Position numbers and translations under genes: made by a program. A stretch of DNA of 64,000 nt. It comes from Selaginella moellendorffii. Lineage: Eukaryota; Plantae; Lycopodiophyta. Under the pieces are notes generated by a model. That model made no database searches. It saw only the letters and a program-made list of their open reading frames with translations, and was not told the DNA's origin. How positions within the stretch are numbered: position 1 is the first letter of the stretch; each line of letters opens with the position of its first letter. Location: positions 558,001 to 622,000 of the forward strand of contig NW_003314308.1 of assembly GCF_000143415.4 (NCBI RefSeq), read 5' to 3'. Positions 1-12,963 of this stretch are shown here, piece by piece.

Positions 1-2
1 AA

Positions 3-450
3 GTGCCGATGAGCAAGGAGGATATTTCCAAAACTGTTCTTATTACACCATTTGATTTGTACAAATTATTAGTGATGCCATTCGGTTTGACCAATATTTT
101 AGCAACTTTTCAGTAGATGATGAATGTGGTTCTTTATAATATGCCAAAAATGACTACTGACTTCATCGATGATGTCTTAATTCACTTGGAAGGGACATAG
201 GAGTATATCTATGATATTCGGAAGATATCAAATTGGTTATAAGAAGTTGGTTTAAAATTAAAACAGTTGAAATGCATGTTTAGGTCCAAAGACATAGCTT
301 ATCTTGAGTACCATATTTTTTGTGAGGGTTTGCAAGTTAATTCTAACAAACTTGTGGCCATTCAAAAGTTCCCTACTCCGAAATGTGTGAATAACATGCA
401 ATGCTTCTTTGGCAAAATGCAATATCTCAATCATTTTATTAATCAACTCT
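3..450 (+). mobile_element. Degenerate Ty3/gypsy reverse transcriptase fragment
   Basis: Frame from nt 3 reads EDISKTVLITPFDLYKLLVMPFGLTNILATFQ*MMN...DFIDDVLIH. This matches the KTAF-TP-G-YE-VMPFGL-NAPATFQ and YxDD RT motifs, with an in-frame stop. It continues as KCMFRSKDIAYLEYHI...FPTPK (ORF 267-488). Confidence 0.85.
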
Positions 451-646
451 ATTGGTTAGCTAGGGGAATTACACCACATGTTGATTGACATCTAGTAGGT
501 TTAATTTACTCCCGCTAGGCTTGACCTGAGGGGTAGAGTGTCAAGAGAGCAATGCTTTTAGGAGAGTTATAACTCTTAACTTCCATTCACGAGGGTGTGA
601 ACTTGTAAAGAATGATTTGAAAGACAATCCATAAGGGTTCAACATC
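451..646 (+). mobile_element. Truncated Cassandra TRIM fragment (internal domain plus part of an LTR)
   Basis: ggggaattacaccacatgttgattgacat...ggggtagagtgtcaagagagc...aacttgtaaag aligns to the Cassandra internal domain at about 62790-62945. The following gatttgaaagacaatccataagggttcaa matches the Cassandra LTR at about 62580-62610. Confidence 0.75.
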
Positions 647-769
647 TTTCTAATCACATTGCACTATTGCAAGTGTTACTGAAGTTGTCAACATCATCTT
701 TTATTTGGGTGAATGACTAAATTCAATAGGCTATAATATGTTCTTTTGGCTACAACTTCATATTGAACT

Positions 770-1180
770 ACTCTAGTGGTTCATATTTGCTGATGGTGGA
801 GGTAATAACCAAGGTACTTGTAAGTGGTAACTTGTAGAACCTCTTGTCCTTGATAGTGGAGTGGGGTGTGTCTTGCTTTCAAGTTGAAAATCACAATTTG
901 TGTTTTGGTGGGGACGATGAGGTGGCAATAACAATAGTTGCAAAGCACTTTGACAATGTCCCCGAGAGTTGGGTTGTTCTGTAATAAGTTTTGTAGAGCA
1001 TCGCATTTGTCTTGTGAAATTCAAAGATCGATAATAAAACATATTGTCATTGTCATGCTTAGCCAATGTGAAAACAGATACTGCTATGCTCCATCCTTCC
1101 ACCCTCTGGGTCTATTGCATTCATTCCTTTGTAAGTCGAGTGGTACTTGGAGCAGCAAGGGTGGTTAGTCCATTCTCCTA
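770..1180 (-). mobile_element. Degenerate non-LTR (LINE) RT fragment
   Basis: Minus-strand pieces LCNYCYCHLIVPTKTQIVIFN and LHYQGQEVLQVTTYKYLGYYL resemble LINE RT domains 6-7 (..KT..vvF and ..V..YKYLG). The frames are broken. Confidence 0.4.
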
Positions 1181-2049
1181 GTCTTATAGTATATAGTATG
1201 TCTAAAGGGCTCCTTGCTTAATGAAAAAGACCATATGAAGTGTTGCAGCAGATTGAACCACAAGTTTATAAAATTTAGCATGATGTTCAACAAGTTAATC
1301 CTCCAAAAATTGTGCATATGCAATGGCCAAAACACTTTGTACAAAAGGGTTTATGAATAACTAATACCACCTACAAATCCACCAATGCTTCCTCCTAATA
1401 TTCATTCAAATCTCGACCCATCAACTAAAGAAATTTAATTGCCTTTTATTCTTCAGAGAAGAAGGGATCATGTAAGGTCCAAATGTGTGGTTATTTTATC
1501 ATATACTACTATAGATTTTGATAACTATTAAATTGGTTTCAATCTGAACTACTCATTCTTGTATATAAGCTAGGGGTTTTGGGCTAATGAATATGCATAT
1601 TTCTATCTCCCATTTCTATATTCCATGCACTCATAGTATGAAAATTTATAAATCATTGGTTTTCCAGCTTATTTTGTGTGTTAAAATTGAACTTGATAGT
1701 TGACAAGCTACTTTATAAAGGTGTTCTTTTTTAATAATATAAACTTATGATAAAGGGTAAATATATCTCACTAATATAATGTTAGAAGGATGCAAGAGTC
1801 ACTAGTTATAAGGGCATTTCCCTTTGATTTGCAACTATGAAGAGTAAAAAGGTGTAGCTATAAATATTACTTCTTGGAAATGAATGAAACAAGCAAATAG
1901 TGACTTCTTAATACACTTAATGCCTATCACATTCTATCATGCAACAATAAATGTTTCATATAAGTTACAATTACTAGCTTACCATAGTTTTTAACACTTT
2001 TTCAAAAGGAATCCTTCTATTTTTGAATAACATTTGGAATAAAAGAGTG

Positions 2050-3250
2050 CTAAAATGAAAACTCTAGAATGAAACTCTCAACTTCATAAACAATTCATGA
2101 GCATATTATAGAAGATCATCTTGGTCAACACAAATTTCTGTGAAAAATTATTTTAAAACCTACAAAAAATTCACATTATATTAAACAAAAGTATATCATT
2201 ATTCTTGTGGACTACCAAGGGCTAAAACAAATTGAATGTACTATCAAAGTTAAACAAAGATGTCTACTATGTTTAGCTTATACATCAATGCCTTTGAGAG
2301 TTTAATGTAGCATCAACATTTCAAAGATCCATAAGGTCATTATTTACTACTTGCCCTAACCTTTAATAATAATTACATGTTTTGATTGAGTTTTGTTATT
2401 TACAAGGTTGGCTGTTAAAATGGCTAAGACTCTAATTATGATATTTAGTCTTACAAGAAATAACTCTTTCATATATGATAGCCAACACCTTATCTAAATC
2501 AAAGAATATAAGTACCACAAATGTATGCTATGCTCCCAAAGAAAATTATAAAATGATTAGGATACTATGAGACTAAGGTAACTATATTCCTCACCTATGT
2601 GAGGGAAGTTTGGGGTGTTAGTATCTCCATTGCAAACTAGAAGAAGTTTAAGAAAATCAATCACTAATTCTTGAATATGGAATTTGGCTATTAAAAAATA
2701 AACTGGTATCATGGTTGTAGAGATATAAATTACTTAAGTACCTCTTATTTTACCAAGTGATTCTTCTTTATTGATGTTTGAAACCATAGACAAACTTTCT
2801 AAATATGCTATCTCCAACTCTACTGATACAAACAGCATAGGATGGTGCACAAATTTAGATGTTGGACATAACAAGACTAAATATAGATTTGAACAATTTA
2901 CTTTATATTGCATATATGGGTTTTCCAAAGGTAGCTCAATTAAACTTAACATAAGTTAAATTTAAAGAGTACCTTGACATTGTCAACTCACAATACTTTA
3001 TCAGTATAATACCTTATTAGAGTGCCAATAAACAATACCATCAATAGATAGTATTTTGAAATATTGTGGCAAGTTATCAAGCAAGTTAACATTGCCTCCA
3101 CACAAACATTCTTGCTATTAAAATAGAGACTCTACTTATTTTGTAAGCATAGTTTGAGATGGTATACCATTTCATTCTCATATGTACGACATTTAACCAT
3201 CTACAAGCTAGTACCAATTCTCTAGATTTGACATTACATTTTCATAAATT
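2050..3250 (-). mobile_element. Highly degenerate Ty1/copia-like integrase/RT remnant
   Basis: Scattered minus-strand motifs fall in copia order: NGIPSQT, VEAMLTC (integrase xxEA..TA), KGIDV, IQFVLAL and TEICVDQ (EEIYMxQ). There are many stops. Confidence 0.3.
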
Positions 3251-4080
3251 TCTTTTATAATTGCATCACATTCATCTGGCTAAATTCCTCTTGGCTGCTA
3301 TAGATTTACAAGAGTGCTTGATATTCTTATAATTTATAATTTCTAAATTTTTTAAAGCTTAATATTTTTAATTTTAAAATTTCTATATAAATTATGGTGA
3401 TATATAATAATAAAAACTTTATATGATGATGGGACTCAATGTTCCACCTAAAGATGTGTATTATATGGCCATTATGTTAACAATATCTCAATCATATTTA
3501 TACAACATTATTTTTTATGTATTAAAATTATAATTGATGAAAATTATCAATATAAAAATAAAGTGTTAGAAATTTGTAATATTGCAAAACTATTAAAATA
3601 AAGTAAATATCTGAGCTAACTGATTAATTTCACTAATGACTTTATTATAAAATGGAATAACTAGAGCTATTCAACTCCTTTATATTAAGTTATAGAGGAT
3701 CCTCCATATATTATGTGACTACTTCACTTTTATCTTAAAGTATTTTTTATACTCCTACCATTTGTATAAATATGTGTAAATTTAATAATTACTATCCAAA
3801 TAATTAAGTATTATTTCCTACACTATCACATTAATTTCAGTATTTTGGAACCTTCACTTCAATAATTTTAACTCTAAATTCATCTCATATAAAATTTGTC
3901 TCTTCAGTAACTATAACTAATGTAATTTTTTTAGCTCCAAGTTTTATTTATTTAGATAGTTATCCATAATATTTAATTTTCCAAGTATATAATTTACTAT
4001 AATTAATCATATACAGGATCAAATTTAAATATGTAATCTCTCTTTTTTTACTGGTTAACAAACCCAATCATGGATTTCTG

Positions 4081-4150
4081 ACCAACACATGACACATGGA
4101 AGTGTTGAAATGGAGTCTGAGATGGACCCAAGTTGAAGTCCAAGATAACC
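4081..4150 (+). repeat. Short fragment of the minisatellite-bearing LTR family
   Basis: accaacacatgacacatggaagtgttgaaatggagtctgagatggacccaag matches the old solo LTR at about 47528-47600 (accaatacatgacatatggaagtgttgagatggaatctaagatgg). Confidence 0.65.
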
Positions 4151-6239
4151 ATAATTATATCGTTTCCTTTACTGCCAAGCCTCATTTAAATTGCCAAGCT
4201 TTAAACAACTCATTTAACCATAAGATCCCATAGCTGGCATTTTCATCTCATTAGAACACTCAAAACTTCACTTAGCATTCTGAGTTTTAAATGTTATATT
4301 ATGTTATAAGTTATATTTGTTATATTATAGTGATAAGGTCAATTGTAAAAGGGATTTTTATATAAATATTATATTATGTTGTATTATCTATGTATATTAT
4401 AATTATAATTATGTTAAAAATTACTACAACGTTTGAAATTACTATTATATTTGTGTATAAAATACATCATAAACTTGGTTGAGATAAGTGTATGTAAGGT
4501 GGTTGCTTTTTTTAGGGAAAGTTTTTCTTATCTCAGAGGAATTGGATTTGATTACTTTGTACTTATCGATTGTCTATAGTGAGAAGTCTATTTCTTAAGT
4601 AAACAATTCCATTCAATTCTTAAGTGTTTGTGATGTATGAATCATAGATGTGGTGACCCTTGTGCTTGGTATGTTGCAAGACACAACTAACTCCTCATTT
4701 CTATCCTTTGGGGATGATTAGAAAGTAAAAACTTGAAATAAGAGATGATGCTTCTGCTTCTAGTTTTCTAGGCATTTCCACTCTGTATAATCCCCATGTA
4801 TGGTATAAGATAGTGATAATATGAATGTGGATAATATAGACTTATCATGCGAGCACCTCTTGTGTGTGGCAGACTTTCTCAAGCGAACTAGACTACTATG
4901 AGATACAAATAGGTTCATCAAGAGAATGTCATTCACTTCTTGGTTACTACTTAGTGTCTGTAAAGTTCATGAGGACTTGGAGAGATGATCAAAAGGTGGC
5001 AATAGATATCCTTAAGTGTGTGAAGCATGAGCATATGAGTTCCATGCTTTGTAGGAGCTTCATTATGCTAATACCACCTAATTTGAGTTTGACTTAGTGT
5101 TTTGCGCTAAATCAATTCAAACTATCTCTTTAGTTTCCCACATCTATTTCACACTGTTAACACAACTATTAACTGTTGTTAATTAATAAGAGTTTTGATA
5201 GGGTTAAACTAAAACATAAGATAAGAGACATGATGTTTGCCTATTTAGGTATTAAGCTGGATGATGGATTGACAATGTATGCAACCATGCAACACAAATC
5301 CTCAAGTAAGCAACAATCAAAAGTCAAAGTAGCATAGTGTTAGATAAAATGCAAAACATCATAGATGAGTGGACAAAAACTTGTCAAGTGAAATGCAATA
5401 AGGATGATGCTACTATCAATATTAAAATTGGTGATGGACCTCGAAAAACCAAGTACTTCAAAGGCATTTCTTTTATGTCATGAACTTTTTATGTTTGTTT
5501 CTTTGAAGATAAAAATGATAGTTCCAATGATGAATTAGGTTGGTTGTACGTAGAAGTGATTGACTAATGTTTTCTATGTTTGTGATGTGAATTTATGAAG
5601 ATAATGTTGAGCATTGTAAAAATAATTATATGCAAGTAATTTCAGTCGATTTAAATCAGTTATTGCTATAGAAGACATGTAAATATACAGTGATAATCAG
5701 AACTTAATGTTTCCTTGCTATACTCTTAACTATTATGGCCTTGGAAAATTACATCTACATCCAGAGGTAGTTGACTACGAATTGATATGGCTGATTTCAC
5801 AAATAATGAAACTATCACTATGTGGATGTATCCTGCTGTACCAGAAATTTGCAAAAGAAAAGTGGTTGAAGATAGTTGGATTTGAAGTTGTCCTAGCAGT
5901 ACTAAAGTATGATAGATGAACATGGAGATATGTGTTAAAAGTTCGTCACTTAACTGTCATTGAAGTAGTCTAGAACCTTCTATGTATCTTCTGTCACAAA
6001 TTTTATCAAATTACACAAAGGACGTAATATGGTTGGGTCAATTGAAGCCATTATGATTAAGATGATTTACTTGTCCTACAACAGGGTTGAGATAATTGTT
6101 GTGGATAGTTGTGGTTTAAATGATACACTAATGGTATTGAAATAATTTGTCTCATTCACTATGTGTTTTGACCTTATTACCATTGCAGATTAGCATGTGA
6201 ATGTCACAGGCATGACTATAAATTGAACCCAGAAGAATT

Positions 6240-7110
6240 TAATATTTAACAAAAGTGTACGACAGACATCACCTTTTCCATCTTGATGCCCTTGAGATTG
6301 ATAAGTTGCACTGCTCGATTGTCATGCATGTTTAGAGCGTAAGCCCAAACCATTGTCGTCCAGGAAACCAAGCTGCACATCTTCATGCTCTCAAAATTTT
6401 TGAGATTGTCCAAGTTGACATAAACTTGTGTGAAAGCTGTCCAGCAGACAATGGTCTTGCATGGGATCTAGTGAAAGAACCTCATGGCCTCATCAAAATG
6501 CCCAATTTGCACTGCATTAGTGAAGGGAAGATGACGGAATGCCCTGTCAATTCTTCGAGGAATCCATTCTGAACGTAGCACAGTAGTAGATTTGTCCATG
6601 ACACGAGATCCTTGGCATTCGATCAAAGGTCGATTTCACTGCCTCGACTTGCCAAGTGTTGTGATAATTGAGTTCCATGTCACGGCCTCAGAGACACCAG
6701 GCAGCAAGTTAGCCTGGCAGTTGCGAATCCAGAATACCGCCACATATCCAATGAGCATCGAGATCTGCGAGACAAGATCGTGAAACTCCACCCAATTAAA
6801 CGTGTTCTTGGCATAAATGAGCGAGATCCAAGAGACCACATCATGATCCGGCATGGAATCAAAGATCTTCTTCAGATTGGAGCTCTATATGTCAGATTGC
6901 ACAAATTCCACTGCACAGCGGCTCTTGGCAAATGTGATCACCAATGCATTGATCAAAGAAGAGTCACAAGGCGTAGGCATGGACCATCATGTTCCAGGTC
7001 GCAGCATTGCGCTGGGAGATGCAATCGAAGAGCTTAGTAGCACTGGAGGTGTGCCCGACAGCGAGCGGCTGGTTCATATTTTCAAAGAAGCAACAGTCAA
7101 ATGATTGTAG
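6240..7110 (-). pseudogene. PLS-class PPR pseudogene
   Basis: Minus-strand PPR motifs KLFDCISQRNAATWNMMVHAYA, FDSMPDHDVVSWISLI, EAVTWNSIITTL and FESMKMCSLVSWTTMVWAYA are separated by stops and frameshifts. Confidence 0.8.
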
Positions 7111-8471
7111 TAAGAGCTGAGGTACAGCACTGTATATTCGTGTTTTATTTTTAAAGAGAAGTTAATAGCAGAAACTTCCAACTTTCGAGAAAGCATGGTA
7201 GAGAATGTCACTTTTTGAGATAGACTTCTGGAGAATCCCTGTTTTTCAAGGCAAGAATCCACCATTCTCTCTTCATTTTCAATGAGAAATTTGTCTAGCA
7301 TGACTGAGTAACGACTGCTAAAATTTATGTGGAAAACTTTAGAACACAGAAGTTACAAGTTGGTCTTTCATTGAGAATGAGCATGTGCTCTAGTTTTTTG
7401 ATAGGATGCTGTTGGTTGGACAACAAGGACTTACGACATTGTTCTATTGGTTCTTTGGATGAGCAATGCATCAAGGTTCAAGTATGAAAGTTTTCAATCA
7501 GGTCTGAGCCAGTAAGTAGAGTCTCTTGAGGAAATTCTTAAGGAATGTTACAATCAGAATCAAAATTTCCTATAGATTTGGAAATGGAACCTCTGACCAG
7601 AGCTCCAGTTTTTCAAGCCTTCTGCCAATTCTCTGGATTGATGAGATCTCATCAATCCAACACGCAGCTTTGGCAGCCACAATTATGTCCAGAGAATTGT
7701 TGCTCCTGCCTGTGTCATGAGTCCCTTCAATTCCATGTCTCTGCAATTGAGGCACTTGCAAGCTTGCTCAGTCCTTGATTAAAAATCCATCAATATGACC
7801 AAAGCAATACTTGTCTTTCTATTCTGAGCAGAAATGCAAAAGTTAATCCTAAGGACTTAACTATTGCCAAAGCATTATTGAGTTGATGATGTTATATGGG
7901 ATCACTACTAAAGAAATTTAGAATTGGACAAAGCAGTAAAGTGTAAAAATGTGAGCCATTTCCTTGTAATGGTTTACCTCTTGACAAACTAATTTGTCTT
8001 TAGACTCTTAAAGAGAAATTCACATAAGAGCTATAAGAAGTTAGTGTAAGCAAAGCAGGAAGGGAAATAGTAATGGTAATAAAAGAAGGAACTTGGTGCA
8101 TTGTTCTTTTTAAAAATAAATTTGCAACCATGAACAGTTTGAAATCCAAAAAACATCTTTGAAGACTGAATTTTGTGTAGGCCAGCATAGCTGGATTCAT
8201 TGCTAGTATATTCTAAATATATCCATTCATTTACAGGTTGTTTGACATGTTGGAGCCCAAAAATGGGCCTAGTATCCAAACAAAGCTTGTGCAAAGTAAG
8301 ACCAGAACAGATTAGAGAGAGGAAGAAATCAAGATCTTTGCCCTGGTAGATCTTTTGAGATAATTGCCTGAGAACTGAACCGAAGCCCATTGGACCAGGA
8401 TCTTCCAATCTAACCTTCGCACAAAGCAAAATTAATAAACACACTCTGTTTATTCTAGTCAATATGTTTGA

Positions 8472-10035
8472 CTACTTGCGGAGAAGTGGAACCAATGCAA
8501 GTGGACGAGCCCGCATGAGCGTGAACCCGACCCCCTCGCCCACGTCCACCTCTTTACCATCCGGTGTTGTCCAATTGAACCTGTAGAGAAGATTGGCAAG
8601 AACGAGATGAACAGCAGTCAACCCCAAGTTCATCCCCGGGCAGGATCGCCGGCCAAAGCCAAACGTCATGAGTTCCACGGCCGCATTGAATTCGCTGCTC
8701 ATCCTCTCCGGGATGAACTCCAGAGGGTTCTCCCAGATTTTTGGATCCCGGGCGATGGCGTAGAGGTTGATCAACACTTGGGTCTTGGCTGGGATCATGT
8801 AGCCAGCTTCTTCAAGCTTTCATACACGTTGATAACAAATTCAGAGATCTAGCGAGGATCAAACCTTTTAGACTACTTACCTTACACTCGGCGGTGGATT
8901 CGCGTGGAACCATGAGTGGCGCCGGAGGGTGCTTGCGCAGGGTCTCCTTGACAATCGCGCCGAGGTACTTGAGCTTGGGAATGTCGGCCTCACTCACCAT
9001 GGCGCTACTAGCAGGGATCACGTCGTCCAATTCCTTCTGGGCTTTTGCCAAGATTTGTGGATGAAGAAGTAGCTCCGTGAGAGCCCATCCTATCGCTGTG
9101 GCAGTCGTGTCCAGCCCTGCACTCACAGCATCCTAGCAAGAGCGGCCAGCGAGTTAGTCAACACTCAAGTCAACCCCCAGTCGTACCAGCATGAGGCACC
9201 GGATGGTAAGATCTGACATGTTGTCGAGCGAGAGCAAGACGTCCAGGAAGCTCTCGCCGCCATGTCCTTGCTTGGCTATAGAGGATCGGTGCTCTTCAAT
9301 GTGTGCTTGAAGCAAGGCATGGAATTTGGTTGCTAAGGTTCTCAGCTTGGGCAGCGAGAGATCCATCCATTTAAGCCATGGGACGTAATCGCCGATGTGT
9401 AGCCTCCCGCCCAGCTCGTTCCCCTGGTGGACCAAGCGGACGAAATCCTTGGCACCGAAGGTCCGGCTCGTCCCAAACACGAGCGTTTGCATGATCTCCA
9501 AGGTGAGGACGGTGACCTCCTGGGTTATGTTCACCGTTCTTCCCAGATTCTGGGAGAGCATCGCCAGGAACTTCTCCATCTCCACTTGCCTCACTGCCGC
9601 AAAGCTCCCCACGCGGCGCGCGGTGAAGAGCTCGAGCGTGCAGATCTTGCGGAGCTCCCTCCATCTCGCGCCATAGCGCGCGAAGATGAGATCGTCTGGG
9701 AGGATCGCCTCGGCAAACGTGAGCGATGGCCGCGAGGAGAAGGTCCTGTCGTGGGACTTGAGGATCTCTTGGGCGATCTTGGCTGACGAGATGACGATCG
9801 TGGGGGTGTAGCCCAGGCGGAGGTAGAAGATCGGGCCGAGCTTCTTGGCGAGATCGAAGAGGATGAGATGCGGCCCGCGGGAATTGCTAGCCAGGAGTGG
9901 AATGTGGCCGAGGATTGGAAAGGCCCGGGGGCTTGGAGGCATGACATGGGAGCTGCGTGATTTAGATCGATCATAGTAGAAGATCACCAAGAAGAAAGAA
10001 GCCAAGAAGGCGAAAAAAGCTGTGATGTGCTCCAT
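8472..10035 (-). CDS. Cytochrome P450, CYP71 clan (copy 1); exons 10035-9187, 9132-8881, 8816-8472; about 481 aa
   Basis: N-terminal TM helix, proline hinge PPSP, WRELRK, I-helix AGLDTT, ETLR, PER and heme motif FGFGRRSCPG. GT-AG introns of 54 and 64 bp. Confidence 0.95.
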
Positions 10036-11059
10036 GGAAGTTTGGAAATGTAGTGCGTCCTTATAAACACTTCAAATGGTGAATGACGCATGGAAGCTTC
10101 TATAAACTGGAAGCCTTTCGTTGAGAAACAACCTTTCTTACAAATAAACATGTTTATTTTTGCGGTCAGGCCCGCGTGGCGAAAAGAAATTGATGATGTG
10201 GCGCCGGTCGCTCAGGGATGGAGATCTTTTCCTTGTCGCCCCGCCCCATAGCGCTTGGCTCTATCACTCCCCAGCCGCCAGCCAAAGCTTCCACGGCACT
10301 GAAACCATGGATGATCCCTTGAATCATCCTCACACTTCCATTTTATCCAAGAACGCAGCCAAGGCTTTGCTCAAGCACCATTGAGCAAGATCGATGCCCT
10401 TGGGGAGGGAAAATTGCCCTTTCGCGGCAAGCTCTCCAAGAGCTCCCAAAGAACATGTTTTCATACTTGAAATTTCTTTTGGCTCAGCCACGCTGTCTCG
10501 CCACAATCCTTTGGCCAAGAGGGCCTCCACGTTGCAAATCAGAACGAGTTTTAACTGGCTACCCCTCATCCAAACATGATCGTGCCCTAGATGCTGGAAA
10601 GATGCTTTTGAACCTCTTTGCACTAGTGAACCATCTTGCATCGTAGATTATCACATTAAACTTCAAACTCCCAAATTATATCTTAAATCTATATTGAAAG
10701 TAGCCTTTAGTGATTTTACTGTGGTTAGCACTGTCCAATTTTACTGTGACACTTTAGTTAATTGAGGAACATTAATTTAGAGACTGATTTTAGGTTTAGA
10801 ATTTGTACATTTCACAATTTTCTAATCCACAATATTCAATGGGCCAACTTCTGTGAATTTTGTGATTTATGAGCTGTGAGACTCTTAAATTAGAGAATTC
10901 GTAAGAATTCTTTTAAGACGTTCGTCCCTAGACAAATTTCATGCATGAGCACACCTACTTTTATATGTTGTATTTACTTTTAATTGGGAGACTTGAGTAA
11001 TTTTAGTTGAATTTAAAATCATACTCTGGCATAATTTTAATTGCGTAGCAAAACCAAGT

Positions 11060-11795
11060 CTCAATAAAAGAAGAAGAGAGAAATGAAAGTTTCCAATCCA
11101 ACCTTCTTAACATGGGAGCCCATGATCACAGCTTCCCTCAAATCGTTACCGCCATCACCGTTAGCCACAGCAGCCGCCTTGCCAAAGCTCCAGAAAGATC
11201 TCCATGGACGAATCCCCGAAACTCTTCGTCCATCTCTCGCAAAGCCTCCCTCGGCCGTTGATTGGCATTGCCATTTTGAGGCTCTTCGTCCAGATGGTCT
11301 TCACGAGTTTCTGTGAGTGACGAGCACTCGTCTAGTTGCTGTACCCCTTGATACCTTGAATCCCTGGCACTGCCGTTGGACGCCCGGTCCGGCATGCCTG
11401 GCGATTGTGAGACAGTGAATCCCATGAGCGAAGTAGTGGATCGCCTGGACCATCCGGATGCTGGTCTTCCATGTCATCTTCTGCTTCTAAGCCAGCTGAT
11501 TTGCCTTCTCGTTGTTGTTTGCCTGTGTTACTCCAAGTTCTCTCCCATTTCTTCACTTTCTTCTTCTTCAGCATCTAAGTTCGCCTTCCTAATAACTCAT
11601 CTGGTGGTGCGCTTTCAGTGCTCACCGGTTGCATATCAGCTTCTTCTCCTTCTTCTGTGCTGGAACTTTGCTCCAAGCATGCATCTTGCTTTAGCTCGCC
11701 AGCCTTTGCTTCTTGTTCTTCCAAACCGAGAAGCTCTGGGCTCAAAAACTCCAGCATTCCGGTGTTATTCGGCTCCACCTCCATGACAATCTCTG
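11060..11795 (-). pseudogene. 5'-truncated duplicate of the 3' end of the PPR gene at 15381-17945
   Basis: Aligns to about 15220-16172 (EIVMEVEPNNTGMLEFL, EEQEAKAGELKQDACL, DRASNGSARDSRYQGVQ) with deletions and frameshifts. Homology stops abruptly at ccatgacaatctc (about 11794). Confidence 0.9.
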
Positions 11796-12039
11796 CGGGG
11801 CAGCGAAATTCGGATAGACTCACAATGCCATGCAGTTGATAGATAGATATGGATATGACGATCTTTGAGGAGCCCGCAGGAAAAAAAGTGGGAGAGAAGA
11901 AGATCTAGTGCGATGAGCTCCTTCCATGTCTCCAGAAACAAATTTGTTGCACTTAGTTTATATTAATTCAATTTTTAATTATTATGAAATCTTTTTTAAA
12001 TGTTTAGGAAGGAAATTATAATAATTTGCTACGTGTTAT

Positions 12040-12662
12040 TGGTTTGCTTAAGCAAACCTATAGGGATGGTCGTGAATATACCTAGAATATTCTTGGATAT
12101 TCTAGGATATTTTACCATCTAATGGTTGTTATTCATTTAGATTAATCTTGTATTTATAATTTATAAACTTTCTTAAACCTTTTCTAGTATATTCTTTTTT
12201 ATTCTACCATCTAATGGTTGATATGCAATAAAATTAATCTTGTATATATAAATTACAAACATGCTTATAATTATAAACTTTATTTGATCAATTGGATTAA
12301 TAAGTAATAATAACACTAGTATTAAGCAAACCAAGCGTTGCTACATGCAATGCGTAGAAATTTATTTTTAATTTTTAATAAATTATTTTTATTTATTATT
12401 CAATTGATCAAATAAAAGATTATAATTATAAACATGTTCATAATTTATAAACACAAAATTATTTTTATTCCATATCAACAATTAGATGGTAGAATAAAAA
12501 AGAATATACTAGAAAGTGTTTAAGAAAGTTTATAAATTATAAATACAAGATTAATCTAAATGAATAACAACCTTTACATGGTAAAATATCTGAGAATATC
12601 TAAACATATTTTAGATATATTCACTACCATCTCAGTCCCCTTACAAGTTTGTTTGAGCAAAC
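12040..12662. repeat. AT-rich imperfect inverted repeat (arms about 12041-12295 and 12401-12662)
   Basis: attcatttagattaatcttgtatttataatttataaactttcttaa at about 12131 is the reverse complement of ttaagaaagtttataaattataaatacaagattaatctaaatgaat at about 12520. The arms are colinear over about 250 bp. Confidence 0.8.
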
Positions 12663-12749
12663 AAATAAATAAATAAATAATTTAAATGAATAATAACCAT
12701 TAATTGGTAAAATATCCTAGAATATTCAAATATATTTTAAATATATAGA
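12316..12749 (-). mobile_element. Possible small non-autonomous Helitron
   Basis: The minus strand begins A|TCTATATAT at 12749. It ends with a hairpin (gcattgc-atgta-gcaacgc) about 15 nt before CTAG|T at 12316. This fits the TC...hairpin-CTAG ends and A|T insertion rule of Helitrons. Confidence 0.4.
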
Positions 12750-12963
12750 TGTTTACTTAAGCATATGCTAACTGGACTGCAATGGCGAGGAAGAAATCAA
12801 GATCTTTGCCCTAATTGCGATTCCATTCCAAAATGGTAGATCTTTTGAGATAATTGCCTGAAAATTGTGAATAGAAGCAGCAGATTGGGAGCTTCCAATC
12901 TAACCTTGGCACAAAGTAAGAGCAGCCTAAAGTGTCTTTGTTTATTCCAGTCAATATGTTTCA

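Noticed and set aside
4500-6200. Possible hAT transposase remnant (G*WIDN, resembling DGWTD, near 5260)
   Set aside because: One weak motif, with no TIRs or colinear support visible by eye.
9371-9974. Overlapping alternative-frame and antisense ORFs across the P450, PPR and other GC-rich exons
   Set aside because: These are shadow ORFs of GC-rich coding sequence with no independent signal.
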